A stretch of 64,000 nt of DNA from Candidatus Dojkabacteria bacterium. Its GTDB lineage: Bacteria > Patescibacteriota > Dojkabacteria > JAFGLO01. Position numbers and translations under genes: made by a program. Location: contig JAFGLO010000011.1 of NCBI GenBank assembly GCA_016927995.1, forward strand, positions 391 through 64,390. Reading direction: 5' to 3'. This document shows, one piece after another, positions 30,117-40,885 of this stretch (positions are counted from its first letter, which is position 1; the number at the start of each line of letters is the position of its first letter). A model generated the notes under the pieces. It saw only the letters and a program-made list of their open reading frames with translations. It was not told the origin of the DNA and made no database searches.

Positions 30117-30882
30117 TATTAAAGATATTGCAAAATATTTTGATGGAAGCCAGTATATAAGTCCTCGACATATGCTGAGGGAATATTTGCAGTATAAGAT
30201 CCTAGATCTATTTGTAGATAGTAAAATTGGTAATAAAATATCATTTCTTGGAGGTACGTGTATTCGAATTGTACATAATAGTTTTAGATTTTCAGAGGAT
30301 CTGGACTTCGATAATTTTAGTTTATCTTATGAGGAATTTATTGAAGCTTCAAAAACAATAAAGCGAGGTTTAAGCCTGGAAGGATTTGAAGTTGAAATCA
30401 GAAATATCAAAAAAGGAGCATATCATTGTAATATTAAATTCCCAGAATTACTTTATAAAAATAAACTTACTCCATTGCAATCAGAAAAGATTCTGATTCA
30501 AATTGATACTTTATCACATGGCTTTACCTATAAACCCGATGTATTTTTACTTAATAAGTTTGGTGTTATAAGAAATATTTTAGTTACACCTACTGACATT
30601 CTTTTAGCTCAGAAAATTTACGCATTGTTTAATAGAAAGCGTCCAAAAGGTAGGGATTTTTTTGATGTGATTTTCTTATTAGGTTTCACAAAGCCTAATT
30701 ATGAGTATCTTGATTACAGACTTAATATTAATAAGCCGGTTGATTTAAAGGGGTACATTTTAGAAAAAAGTGAAGGTTTAGATTTTAAAGCTCTTGGAAA
30801 GGATGTTTCTCCATTTTTATTAAACTTAGAGGATGTAAGAAAGGTTGAAAGGTTTAGGGATGTGATTGGGAGTGTTTTATAG
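30109..30882 (+). CDS. AbiEii-family nucleotidyltransferase toxin (second copy)
   Basis: It contains FLGGTCIRIVHNSFRFSEDLDFD. It overlaps the upstream antitoxin by 8 nt. Confidence 0.75.
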   Translation: MLDIKDIAKYFDGSQYISPRHMLREYLQYKILDLFVDSKIGNKISFLGGTCIRIVHNSFRFSEDLDFDNFSLSYEEFIEASKTIKRGLSLEGFEVEIRNIKKGAYHCNIKFPELLYKNKLTPLQSEKILIQIDTLSHGFTYKPDVFLLNKFGVIRNILVTPTDILLAQKIYALFNRKRPKGRDFFDVIFLLGFTKPNYEYLDYRLNINKPVDLKGYILEKSEGLDFKALGKDVSPFLLNLEDVRKVERFRDVIGSVL

Positions 30883-30997
30883 TGAATCGTCAACCTGACC
30901 AACAAGTGGTGTGAAATCCGCGATTATATCAAGCCGGCCAGATAAGATAAATAATTGCCACTACTAGTAGCCAGTTTTGTTTTAGGAAGGTTTTCAT
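30883..30997 (-). pseudogene. Degenerate 5' fragment of a second DUF1232 gene copy
   Basis: About 85% nucleotide identity to 29275-29400 of the intact DUF1232 gene, including its ATG. The frame is broken after about 22 codons. Confidence 0.55.
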
Positions 30998-31046
30998 GTA
31001 CTAATTGTACTATAAATTCGTGGATTTTAGTAAATTTGCGGTGATC

Positions 31047-31433
31047 TTACAGTAAGTCGCTCATATGCAAATCTTCTATCAGCTTGTCGTAGTTATACGC
31101 ATATTCCAGTTTTTGAGCTTCTGTAAACGAAAACCAGCCAAACTGTGCGACTTCACTTTCTTGGGGAACTATTTTCCCTTTGCCGATGCCTATGAAAATA
31201 TATGTGTCTGGATCTACAAAGGTAATTGGCTTAAAGACCTTTGTGATTGTAAATTTTAGGCCAACTTCCTCTTTGGCACCTCTGACAACGGCAATATCTG
31301 GGGATTCGCCTTCTTCGACAGTCTCATTTATGGGATTCCATTTCCCGGGTTCAGAATAGTCTGTTAGTGGTCGTTGAGTTAGTAATATCTTTCCATTTTT
31401 TATTATGACTCCGCATGCATGTAATTCTTTCAT
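31047..31433 (-). CDS. NUDIX hydrolase
   Basis: The Nudix box is GKWNPINETVEEGESPDIAVVRGAKEEVGL. Confidence 0.75.
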   Translation of the reverse strand: MKELHACGVIIKNGKILLTQRPLTDYSEPGKWNPINETVEEGESPDIAVVRGAKEEVGLKFTITKVFKPITFVDPDTYIFIGIGKGKIVPQESEVAQFGWFSFTEAQKLEYAYNYDKLIEDLHMSDLL

Positions 31434-31508
31434 GGTCTATTATAGCATTATATTTTGTTTTTCTCACTAGCTCTAACATACATATACATTGTACACAATC
31501 ACATATTA

Positions 31509-32027
31509 TTATGAATCCCGCATACTTTTGCCATTTTCAAGTTCGTCCATTAAAGCAGGAGTTATTTCTTTAAGCAATGTATGCCAATCTAAACCAGGAA
31601 ATTGCATCTCTGGCTCTATATAACTCCAGTACCAAAGCCGAGGTTCGTCGCCCGCCCCTATGTAAATGATGTGTCCAGGTCTTGGAATACATGGTCCTTC
31701 TCTGTCGGGAATATATTCGCCTGTTTCAATATTTCTAACTGGCTCAATATGGAAGGATTCAGAGTCTACAAGTTTAAGGTTGGGCTGGGTACCGATCCAT
31801 TTACCGTTAGGAAAATACATTCTGACTATTGCCCATTCATAGCCGGCTGCAGAAAAATGACCAATACATCTTGTTATACAGAGTGGTTTTTCACGAAATG
31901 ATGTTTCCGAGTCAAATTTCTTGGAGGTCGCAAGATTATCCCATTGGATTGTTCTTCCAATAGTATAGTAATCGGGGTGTGGTAAACCATCATTTGAAAA
32001 AGGGGCTGTAGTAATTTCTATGGACAT
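31509..32027 (-). CDS. Hypothetical protein
   Basis: It is a 172-aa ORF with no recognisable motif and looks like a soluble protein. Confidence 0.4.
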   Translation of the reverse strand: MSIEITTAPFSNDGLPHPDYYTIGRTIQWDNLATSKKFDSETSFREKPLCITRCIGHFSAAGYEWAIVRMYFPNGKWIGTQPNLKLVDSESFHIEPVRNIETGEYIPDREGPCIPRPGHIIYIGAGDEPRLWYWSYIEPEMQFPGLDWHTLLKEITPALMDELENGKSMRDS

Positions 32028-32125
32028 ATGGTTTAGGCTTAACGCTTAATGAAGTATGATACTATGGGGTGGACTGATTGTCAATGGTAAAAGTTATTAT
32101 ATCTTTCTCCACTCGCGGCTATATT

Positions 32126-33121
32126 TTAGCCAAGAAGAAGTTTAAGCTCTTCGTATAGTTTATCGTTTAGCTCAAGTTTTCCTGATTTTAGGCAGGCCTG
32201 CCTAAGTTTTTGCGATTGCTCTCCTGGATAAAATATCTCTTTTACGCCTTTTTGCTTTGGAGAATTCTTAACTTCATTTATTAAAGATTCAACATCAGCT
32301 TTAAAGTCTTTTATGGATCGAAATATGGTTGGATCTATAAGAATAAAGAAAGAACCCCAGCCGCCTTTAATATTGTAACCGCATCGGGAGGTTGTTAATG
32401 CTCCCCCAAGGATTTCCACAATAAATGCGATTCCCGAGCCCTTGTGATCGGCAATAGGTAGTAACCCACCTTCCATTGATGCTTCGGGACTATTTGTTGG
32501 GTTCCCGTCTTTATCGATTGCAACGTTATCGGGTATTTCCTTTCCTTCGGCCTTTGCGAGAAGTAAGTGACCCCATGTTATTTTGCTTGACGACATGTCT
32601 AATATCAAAGGTATCCCGTTTGTTGGAATTCCAACGGTAAATGGATTTGTTCCAAAGATTTCTTTTATTGAGCTAAATGGTACAAGTCCACCCGGTGAGT
32701 TATTGAACCCGATAAAAATAATGTTATTTTCGGTGGCTTTGCGTGCATACTGTCCGATTAATCCCGAAATTGGTGCTGTATTTGTTACCCCAACGGCAAC
32801 AATTCCAGATTCTTTTACTTTGTTAAGTCCTAATTCAAGTGCTTTATTTATAACATAAAGGCCTGGTTTCTTTTGTCCGTTAACTAATATTGATACGGGT
32901 GTTTCTTTTTCTATAAAGATATCTTTTCCGCCTACAATGATTTTACCCTGCTGAACTTTTTCTATTAAAACGGGTATGCGTATAAAGCCGTGTGTTTTTT
33001 TGTTTGTGAGCTCGCCTTCAAGACAATTTTCGATACAGTACTGTGCTTCTTCTTCTGAAAATCCGGTTTTTGTCAATATTTTGGTTCCTAGGTCTGTTGC
33101 TTCTTTTATTGATATGATCAT
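32126..33121 (-). CDS. Malate/L-lactate/sulfolactate dehydrogenase family (Ldh_2) oxidoreductase
   Basis: The N-terminus reads MIISIKEATDLGTKILTKTGFSEEEAQYCIENCLEGEL...THGF and the Ldh_2-family architecture follows. Confidence 0.7.
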   Translation of the reverse strand: MIISIKEATDLGTKILTKTGFSEEEAQYCIENCLEGELTNKKTHGFIRIPVLIEKVQQGKIIVGGKDIFIEKETPVSILVNGQKKPGLYVINKALELGLNKVKESGIVAVGVTNTAPISGLIGQYARKATENNIIFIGFNNSPGGLVPFSSIKEIFGTNPFTVGIPTNGIPLILDMSSSKITWGHLLLAKAEGKEIPDNVAIDKDGNPTNSPEASMEGGLLPIADHKGSGIAFIVEILGGALTTSRCGYNIKGGWGSFFILIDPTIFRSIKDFKADVESLINEVKNSPKQKGVKEIFYPGEQSQKLRQACLKSGKLELNDKLYEELKLLLG

Positions 33122-33166
33122 GGATAATGGTTTTTATATTAGCTACTTTTCGCTTAGAACACGTAA

Positions 33167-34180
33167 TTATTTAGTAAGCTCGATGACTTTTTGCCAGATT
33201 TCGTCATCAACGTCAACAGTTCCTAATTCGGTTGCTTTTCTTAATCGTTCAAGATTATTATCTCCAGGTACAAGAACCGTTTCTCCTTTTTTAGGCTTTT
33301 GATTCCTTATAACTATATTAAACTCCGATACTTCTTTCTTAAATGAATCTGTGGAATTAAATGCATTAATATCAATCACGATTAAAAACCCGCCGTGTTC
33401 TTCATTTACATAGGTTGGATTCATTTTATTACTTAATTTTGCCCCAACCAAAGCTCCTGTCATTACTTCAATAAGGTAGTTAATGTTATACCCTTTATAA
33501 TTTGCTCCCATTGGAAGAATATTTGAAGTTCCATCTTCGGCTAAAGCTTTGTTTACATCCCTTGTTACATTTCCCTCGCAATCAACTGCTGAATTTTCAC
33601 GCAGTTCTTTATTTTCTTTTTTACAGTTACGTATTTCAAAGTATGGAATTTGAGAAGTTGCCATGTCTATAACAATCTCTCCTTCATTTGCTGGGAAAGC
33701 GTATGAAATTGGATTGGTTCCTAAAAGTCCTTGTGTTCCGTTAAATGGGATAACTCCTGATGGACCTCCATTATATCCAGCAATGGCAAAATACCCTCTT
33801 TTGGCAAGACCTTGAGTCCACGTGTGAAGCGTATGCATTCCTCCTGAGTTATCAAGTCCTAAAATGGAAATACCTGTTTTTTGAGCTTTTTCTATGAGTT
33901 TGTCATGAATCCATTTAATTTTAAAAGTCATTGGGAGGTTATGAAAATCAAGATGTAGTAAGCTTGGAAGCTCCTTTTTTACTTCTATTTCATTTCCTTT
34001 GTATTTTTCTTGTCGCTCTGTATCTGAAATAACTTCGTCTTTTAATACATTACATCTTGGATGTTTTCTAATGTATGCTTCAGATATTTCCTCTGCAAAA
34101 TATTTTGCCTCTTCTGATGAGACGTACTTAAGGGCAATTATTTGAAGATTAGTTTTTAGCTCGGTTATGCTTACTTGCAT
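33167..34180 (-). CDS. Ldh_2-family oxidoreductase (paralog)
   Basis: It has the family's HTLHTWTQG...GTNPISYAFP core. About 80% aa identity to the disrupted copy at 38.4-39.4 kb. Confidence 0.7.
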   Translation of the reverse strand: MQVSITELKTNLQIIALKYVSSEEAKYFAEEISEAYIRKHPRCNVLKDEVISDTERQEKYKGNEIEVKKELPSLLHLDFHNLPMTFKIKWIHDKLIEKAQKTGISILGLDNSGGMHTLHTWTQGLAKRGYFAIAGYNGGPSGVIPFNGTQGLLGTNPISYAFPANEGEIVIDMATSQIPYFEIRNCKKENKELRENSAVDCEGNVTRDVNKALAEDGTSNILPMGANYKGYNINYLIEVMTGALVGAKLSNKMNPTYVNEEHGGFLIVIDINAFNSTDSFKKEVSEFNIVIRNQKPKKGETVLVPGDNNLERLRKATELGTVDVDDEIWQKVIELTK

Positions 34181-34315
34181 TTTTAGTGAGGTTAAAACTT
34201 AGCTAATATGTTTTATTGTACATCCGTTACATGGATAATTAAACACACTAGAAGAGGACATATTTACAATGATTTGCGATATAATAGCAGGTGACGTTAT
34301 TTAAATGATGCTGGT

Positions 34316-34729
34316 ATGGCACTTTCAATCTTTCATTTGGATGGACAGGACATAGCTGTTAGTTATATTTCGGAGAGTGAAGTATTTTCTGGAGTTATTT
34401 GTGAGGTTTATACCATTCCTTCGGCTAATGGTAAATATGATCTTGGGGTTATTTATATAGATGCCGGTAAGGAAACTCCCCTACAGCGTGTTCTTAAGGG
34501 TAGCAAAACTGTAGAAGGACATATTAGTGGAAAAGGGAAACTTTTAATTAATCAGGGTTCGGACGACGAGGTGGTTTATGAAGTTAGCGATGATATGAGT
34601 GAGCCATTTCAGATTGAGGTTAAAGTTGGTCAAACTATGAAGTGGATTGCGAATCCGGAATCAAAGCTTACCGTTTATGAAATTTGCTACCCTCCTTATG
34701 AGGATGGTAGATATGAGAATTTAGAGTAG
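34316..34729 (+). CDS. Cupin-like small protein (hypothetical)
   Basis: It is predicted to be all-beta. A paralogous pseudogene lies at 36727. Confidence 0.4.
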   Translation: MALSIFHLDGQDIAVSYISESEVFSGVICEVYTIPSANGKYDLGVIYIDAGKETPLQRVLKGSKTVEGHISGKGKLLINQGSDDEVVYEVSDDMSEPFQIEVKVGQTMKWIANPESKLTVYEICYPPYEDGRYENLE

Positions 34730-35386
34730 CGTTGAGAGTGGGTTTAGTGATTTTACTTTTACAAAGACCGCCCGTTTAAAATATTGGTTGTCTGTTGAAA
34801 AGCAGATGATTTTTATACTATCTTTCGTTTGATTGATGATAGCTCTTTTGTATCCTGCTGAGTTGAAAAACGCCTCATGCTCTTCCGGATAGATAGTATA
34901 TCTCCATCCTATATCCACCATGTTATCAGTTATAAAATATGCTTTACCCTCCCACACAAACGTTGCTTCATTATTTTCAGGAGAATTTCTCACCTTAATT
35001 TGAAATTGATCTTCTTTCGAAAGAATGATCGTAGCATATGCTTGTGGTTTGCCTTTAAGAGAATAGTAATCCTTGAGGTTCTTGATTTCGCCCGTCTTTT
35101 TATCTTTCTCTAGGGTGTCAGTCATATATCCGAACTCCTCGTATTCCCCCTCCAGTAAAATGCGTTTCTTGATCTCCGAGAAGGCCGTGTAAATTTTTTG
35201 TGAGCCATCAACAGAAAGTGTAGTCAATATAGATAGCAAAATCACTCCAACTACTTTACCTGCGAAATTATCTTTATCCAAGGGATCACTAAATATAATG
35301 CAAGCAAGAAGACCAATAAAGACCAGTGATGTTCTCACAATGGGCCACCACTTGAATTTCCACAGTTTGAGTAATGTTTTTGCCAT
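34721..35386 (-). CDS. Hypothetical membrane-anchored protein
   Basis: It has two N-terminal TM segments and no known motif. Confidence 0.35.
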   Translation of the reverse strand: MAKTLLKLWKFKWWPIVRTSLVFIGLLACIIFSDPLDKDNFAGKVVGVILLSILTTLSVDGSQKIYTAFSEIKKRILLEGEYEEFGYMTDTLEKDKKTGEIKNLKDYYSLKGKPQAYATIILSKEDQFQIKVRNSPENNEATFVWEGKAYFITDNMVDIGWRYTIYPEEHEAFFNSAGYKRAIINQTKDSIKIICFSTDNQYFKRAVFVKVKSLNPLSTLL

Positions 35387-35464
35387 TCCTTATTTTTCTT
35401 GTTTATAGTTGTATTAATTGTCGTATTTTACTATAAACCACAATGGGAAACAAAAGAGAGAGAT

Positions 35465-36514
35465 TTAATCTTTGGACGACTTAATTTTTGTCTTTAGGTC
35501 ATCTTGTAGTTTCTTTATTAGTTGCTTTTCAAAGTCGCTTTCAATTTTTTGTGTTTTATTAAATTTAATATATTCAGAAATTGCTTTATTTTGAGCGATA
35601 TTCATTGAAATCGAGCCCTTCCCATCTAAAATCTTGTACTCATTAAACTCAAGAAACTTATCAACACTCTTAGCAAATTGTACCATTGTCAACGTTTTCT
35701 TGCTCTCAATTACGTTTTCAATATAGTCGAAGAAGCCGGAAACAGCTCGCTCAAGTTTTCTTATCTCTTTTTCTGACAAATAGTTCTTGGCAACCACTAT
35801 ATCGGATTTTAAAATACGTCCTTTGGGTGAATCTTTCCAAGTAGTTAAGCCCATGTATGGTTTCTTTTTATCGGCGTTAGAATGAATAATCTCTGCTGCG
35901 GTTTGTCCGGTTATAGCATAATGAAATTTGTTTTGAATCGTTGCAAAAAAGTCCTTTGTGATACGTGAGTTTGGATTGTAATCAATACTGCACTCCTGGA
36001 AAATGTCTGTGATTTGAAGATATATTCTACGTTCGCTTGATCGAATTGATCGGATACGCTCTAAGAGTTCTTTAAAATAATCCTTGCCGAAGTACCTGCC
36101 ATTACTCAACCTATCATCGTCCATTGCAAATCCTTTGATTATGTACTCTTTTAGTCGTTCTGTTGCCCAAATTCTAAATCTTGTTGCTTGTGAAGAGTTA
36201 ACCCTATAACCGACCGAAATTATTGCATCGAGGTTATAAAACTCGATTCTTCTGGAAACTTTGCGCATTCCCTCGTTTTGAACTATCCGGAATTTCCGGA
36301 TGGTTGAATCTCGTTGTAATTCTCCGCTTAAATATATGTTTTTTAAATGTTCGTTAATTGTTCTAACGTCAACACCGAATAGATCTGCCATTCTCTTTTG
36401 AGTTAGCCATATGTTCTCATTCGCAAAAAATACCTCCACCTTGATTTCTCCATCTGGTGCCGTATATAACAGGAATTCATTTAGTTCTTGTTTTATTGAA
36501 AGAGTATTCTTCAT
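35465..36514 (-). CDS. RhuM-family virulence protein
   Basis: The conserved core is RKFRIVQNEGMRKVSRRIEFYNLDAIISVGYRVNSSQATRFRIWATERLKEYIIKGFAMDDDRL. Confidence 0.75.
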   Translation of the reverse strand: MKNTLSIKQELNEFLLYTAPDGEIKVEVFFANENIWLTQKRMADLFGVDVRTINEHLKNIYLSGELQRDSTIRKFRIVQNEGMRKVSRRIEFYNLDAIISVGYRVNSSQATRFRIWATERLKEYIIKGFAMDDDRLSNGRYFGKDYFKELLERIRSIRSSERRIYLQITDIFQECSIDYNPNSRITKDFFATIQNKFHYAITGQTAAEIIHSNADKKKPYMGLTTWKDSPKGRILKSDIVVAKNYLSEKEIRKLERAVSGFFDYIENVIESKKTLTMVQFAKSVDKFLEFNEYKILDGKGSISMNIAQNKAISEYIKFNKTQKIESDFEKQLIKKLQDDLKTKIKSSKD

Positions 36515-36726
36515 TAATTTTGAAAATTTTTACGTAAATGCTTGTTAAAAGCCACTCCTGCCTTCTGTATTCTACTACAAACCACATCGAGAAACAAAAA
36601 GAGATTAAATAAAAGAAATAAAGTTTGTTATTTCCTACTGAATTTATTGCAAATTATTGTCAGTGGGTTTTGACTAGACACAATATACGATATAATAATA
36701 GCTGATGTTATTTAAATCACTCTTGT

Positions 36727-36988
36727 ATGACACTTTCAACCTTTAATTGGGATGGACAGGATAGAGTCATTAGATATATTTCGAAAAGTGAAGTAGTTCC
36801 CGGAGTTACTTGTGAGGTTTATACCGTTCCTTCCGCTAATGGTGAATATGATCTTGGGATTATTCGTATAGATGCCGGCTCAGAAACTCCCCTACAGCGT
36901 GTTCTTAGCGGATCCGGATTCAAAGCTTACTGTTTATGAAATTTGCTATCCTCCTTATGAGGATGGTAGATATGAAAATTTTGAGTAG
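36727..36988 (+). pseudogene. Cupin-like paralog with an internal deletion of about 190 bp and a frame break
   Basis: The N-terminal 55 codons and the last 25 codons align to 34316..34729. The middle is missing, and the junction (cttagcggatccggattcaaag) changes the frame. The upstream leader is also duplicated (34290-34330 versus 36700-36740). Confidence 0.55.
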
Positions 36989-37139
36989 GTTTGAATAAAA
37001 GGATTAACCAGGGCGGGCGCCTGTTCGCCTCTGGCGAGGAATCAGGCTTCGAACTTTTTTCAATCAAAAACCTCTTCTAAAGTCTTGTACATTTTTTTGC
37101 TGTGACATTTCCCCATTTAGGATGTTCAATCATTCTTCT

Positions 37140-37478
37140 TTATTTTATATACATCCCTACATTCAAAAAATCGATTAGCCAGAAAAGATTTACAACATAC
37201 TCTGTTATTTTTAGTATTGTTCCTTGAAAAAAGCTAGGATTATGATAGTTTAGAATAATACTACTTACGAGTATAACAATTGGAAGATCAAAAAATAATA
37301 TGTTCCCCCAAAAATATTTTTTAGCTTTATGAGACAGTTGTAACGAATATAATCCTGAACCATGAGAAAGAGTAAGTGACAACAGGAATGGTCTTGATAA
37401 TATTTTCGAAGAATATTCTTTTTGATTCATATAATTGCTATCACAGTTAAATTTTAAGGAGATATTGTTCCTACTCAA
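37140..37478 (-). CDS. Hypothetical small membrane protein
   Basis: It is a hydrophobic 112-aa ORF in a cassette bounded by att-like repeats. Confidence 0.3.
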   Translation of the reverse strand: MSRNNISLKFNCDSNYMNQKEYSSKILSRPFLLSLTLSHGSGLYSLQLSHKAKKYFWGNILFFDLPIVILVSSIILNYHNPSFFQGTILKITEYVVNLFWLIDFLNVGMYIK

Positions 37479-37675
37479 CTTGGAGAGTGGAACTTACCTT
37501 GAGCCCTTCGATATTGCGGTCAAAAACAGACATGTGTTCGTTAAACGGGGCGGAACCATTAGCCTCAATTTTACTTAAAATTAGTTTAGAGTGAATCCGT
37601 TTGGGAGATACGAGTTTCCAAAGGCAAGTTTTAAGGTTAATTATCTGTTTTTATTATAATAATATTTTTCTGTAT

Positions 37676-38230
37676 TTAAGAAATCCATGTCGGGATCGAT
37701 AAAAAAGGATCTTTGTCGTGTTGAATTCTATAATGTTTCTGTCCAGATTCACACATTGGTCCACAATGAATATGTCGCTCTTCAACCTCGACTTCTTCTA
37801 CATATCTATCAGATACTTTGTCATATACCTTTACAGTAGATAGTTCAATAAGATCTCCGATATAATAAATCGAGATTTCCGATATAATTATTTCGTTTGT
37901 AGTTAAGCCTTGCTCTTCAATATATTGTTTTATGTTTTTTGATTCTTGACTATTATACTTAACCTCGTTTAAGTAGTTAATAACGTCTGAGTAATTAAAT
38001 GTTAAAATTACGTATTCAGATTCATATATCACCGTTTTGATTTCATCAACAGGATTTAAGTTAATTGTTTTATAGGTGACTTCTATCTTGTTTTTTATTT
38101 TCACCAAATAATTGGAAATAAAAAGAACTCCAAGCAATATAAAAAGAAGAATGAAAGCTATAGCTAGCAATGGGAAGTATTTATGCGACGAAAATTTGGG
38201 GAGTTGAGACTTCATAACTGCATTTGTCAA
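37676..38230 (-). CDS. Hypothetical membrane-anchored protein
   Basis: It has an N-terminal TM. The C-terminus contains HIHCGPMCESGQKH. Confidence 0.35.
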   Translation of the reverse strand: MTNAVMKSQLPKFSSHKYFPLLAIAFILLFILLGVLFISNYLVKIKNKIEVTYKTINLNPVDEIKTVIYESEYVILTFNYSDVINYLNEVKYNSQESKNIKQYIEEQGLTTNEIIISEISIYYIGDLIELSTVKVYDKVSDRYVEEVEVEERHIHCGPMCESGQKHYRIQHDKDPFLSIPTWIS

Positions 38231-38354
38231 ACACTTAAAACGGAGCGGACGGGATATGGCTCGAACTTTTAGTTTTGATTTTATGAAAGAATGGTGTATT
38301 GAGAATCCGTTTTGGAGGTATAAGTTTCCGGAGTTGAGTTTTAATTATGATTAT

Positions 38355-39367
38355 TTAGTTATCTAGAATTTTAACTTTATTCCAAATGTCTTCTTCAATT
38401 TCAACCATTCCAGATTTATTAACTTCGTCAAGTCTATTAAGATTATTATCTCCTGGCACAATGACATGTTCTCCTTTTTTTGGTCTTTGTTGGCGAATTT
38501 CTCTGTTGAACTCTGAAATTTCATTTTTAAAAGATTGAATACTGCCGAAAGCCTCAATATTTATTACTATAATGAATCCTCCATGATCCTCATTTACATA
38601 TCCTGGATCCATCTTGTTGCTCAACTTAGCCCCTACAAGAGCTCCAGTCATTATTTCAATTAGATAGTTTATATTATACCCTTTGTAATTGCCGCCCATA
38701 GGTAAAATATTTGAAGTACCGTCTTCTGCTAATGCTTTATTTGCATCTCTAGTTACATTTCCTTCTGTATCAACCGCTGAATTTTCTCTTAAATCTTTAT
38801 TATCTTTTTTACAATTACATATTTCGAAATATGTGATCTGGGATGTGGCCATGTCAACGACGATTTCTCCTTCTGACGTCGGGAAAGCGTATGAGATCGG
38901 ATTCGTTCCAAGTAATCCGCAGGTTCCATTGATGGGGACAACACCCAAAGGACCCCCATTATATCCTGCTAATGCAAAATAACCTCTCTTTGCAATTCCT
39001 TGTGTCCATGTATGAAGTGTATGCATTCCACCTGAATTATCAAATCCAAGAATACTAATCCCTGTTGTACTTGCTTTTTCTATGAGCGTATCGTGAATCC
39101 ATTTTATCTTGAATGTCATTGGAAGATTATGAAAGTCTATGTGTAATAGGCTGGGCATATCTTGTACGATTTCTATTGCATTCATCTTATATTTTTCTTG
39201 TCGCTCTGTATCCGATAGGATCTCATCTTTAGTACATTTGATCTAGGATATTTTCTGACATAAGCTTCGGATAGTTCTTTTGAAAAGTACTCAGCTTCTT
39301 CTTCGGAAACATATTTTAGTGCTACTTTCCGTAGTTTATCTTGCAACTCATCTAATTTAACTTGCAT
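38355..39367 (-). pseudogene. Ldh_2-family paralog disrupted by a 1-bp deletion (split into 61-aa and 276-aa ORFs)
   Basis: Nucleotide alignment to the 33167..34180 paralog shows one missing base around 39215-39240 (aaagatgagatcctatcgg versus aaaagacgaagttatttcag). It could instead be an assembly error. Confidence 0.55.
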
Positions 39368-39662
39368 TATTATTGTTTTACAAATTATTTATATAACTGT
39401 TAAATTATAGCACAAATCGTTTTGGCTCGAACTGTCCAAATGTTGAGAAAATCGAGTACTAATAATACTAACTGAGTAATACAAAGAAACCATGTCCGTT
39501 CACCCCAAAACACAAAAATGCTGATATTACGAGGATATTTTAAGCTGGCGGGGTGGACGGAATCAGGCTCGAACTTATAGTTTCAACTTTTTAAGAGATG
39601 GTCGTTACAGAATCCGTTTTGGAGGTATGATGTGCCGAAGGTGAGTTTTGAGATAGACTTAC

Positions 39663-40706
39663 TTAGTTATAGTCTGTTAGAGATAAAATCTTTTTATTGA
39701 AGGTAAGATCTGAGTCTATGGTTGATGCATTCCTTATTGCATCATAAATACTTTCTCGAACGGCAGATATTGCAGATTGAGCTAGAATATCAACTTTAAA
39801 TTTCCACCATTCTCCATTTTCAATACTTTTACCTTCATCTGAAAATGGGAAGTCAACTTCTTGAGTAGAAAAAACAAAAACAGTATCTCCATCGAAAGAG
39901 GTATTAATAGGGTCTATTGCTCTAGCCTGACCAATATGCACTAATTCTGCAATACGAGTTAAATCCTGTTGGAGAAAATCAAGTTTTAAATTTGTTCCTA
40001 CGATACTTATCGTAGTATTACAAGTATAATAATCAGAAAATCCTTTGAAAGTTCTAAATTTAAAGTCGGAATTGTTGTGTCTGTTACCAGCAATAATCTC
40101 TCCTTTCTCATTAACTACATTTCCCAGGGCATTAACAACGGACATAGCAGTTACAATACCATCTTTTCCAATCTTTTCACTAGCATGTCCTAGACCACCT
40201 TTCATTGCAAGAGAAGTTTTATCATCTAACCACGAGAACTTTCCAACCGATGCTCCATATCCAGCACCAATATTTCCACTTTGAACAGGTTTGCTTGAGA
40301 TGTTTTCCACTACTTTGAGTCCAAGTTTATAGTCAAGCTTCGTAGAATGAATTCCAAGTGAACTGATCACGGCACCCACAATGGATGGTTTGTAAACAGA
40401 GTTATTTTCAAAGCCAATCTTTAATTTTGAAAGACCTTCGTTTATGTAGCTTGAAAAGTTTAATCCATCATGTCCACCATCAGCTATATATATTGCATGT
40501 CTCAAATAATAGTTTTTGTCTAAAGATAGATTTGTAGTATTGTAGGTTACAGATGCCCCTCCTTTTGAAACACATGCTACATTGAGTGGTTTAGGAAATA
40601 CAACTAGTGTTAACCCGTACTGCATATTTCCATCTTGTACATTTCCAACACGAACTCCGCTTAGCTGTGTTAACGAATTGTTTTGGAAGTTTTTATTAGA
40701 GTCCAT
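39663..40706 (-). CDS. DmpA/S58 (P1) family aminopeptidase/amidase
   Basis: The ArgJ/DmpA-fold signature is recognisable (GVRVGNVQD..., GAGYGASVGK, TNLKLD auto-processing region). Confidence 0.65.
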   Translation of the reverse strand: MDSNKNFQNNSLTQLSGVRVGNVQDGNMQYGLTLVVFPKPLNVACVSKGGASVTYNTTNLSLDKNYYLRHAIYIADGGHDGLNFSSYINEGLSKLKIGFENNSVYKPSIVGAVISSLGIHSTKLDYKLGLKVVENISSKPVQSGNIGAGYGASVGKFSWLDDKTSLAMKGGLGHASEKIGKDGIVTAMSVVNALGNVVNEKGEIIAGNRHNNSDFKFRTFKGFSDYYTCNTTISIVGTNLKLDFLQQDLTRIAELVHIGQARAIDPINTSFDGDTVFVFSTQEVDFPFSDEGKSIENGEWWKFKVDILAQSAISAVRESIYDAIRNASTIDSDLTFNKKILSLTDYN

Positions 40707-40885
40707 ACAGTTGATTATATCATTTTTAAAAGTATTTATGCTCGAACTTTAAATACTCCCTTAATAACAGTAGAAGATTGATATATCCGTGGATGTAAGT
40801 TTCATATTAAGGAATTCGGCTCGAACCGAGAAAATGCTTATTTATCAACAAGAAATCGTCATTTTTTAGAGGTATGTTCGTTAAA

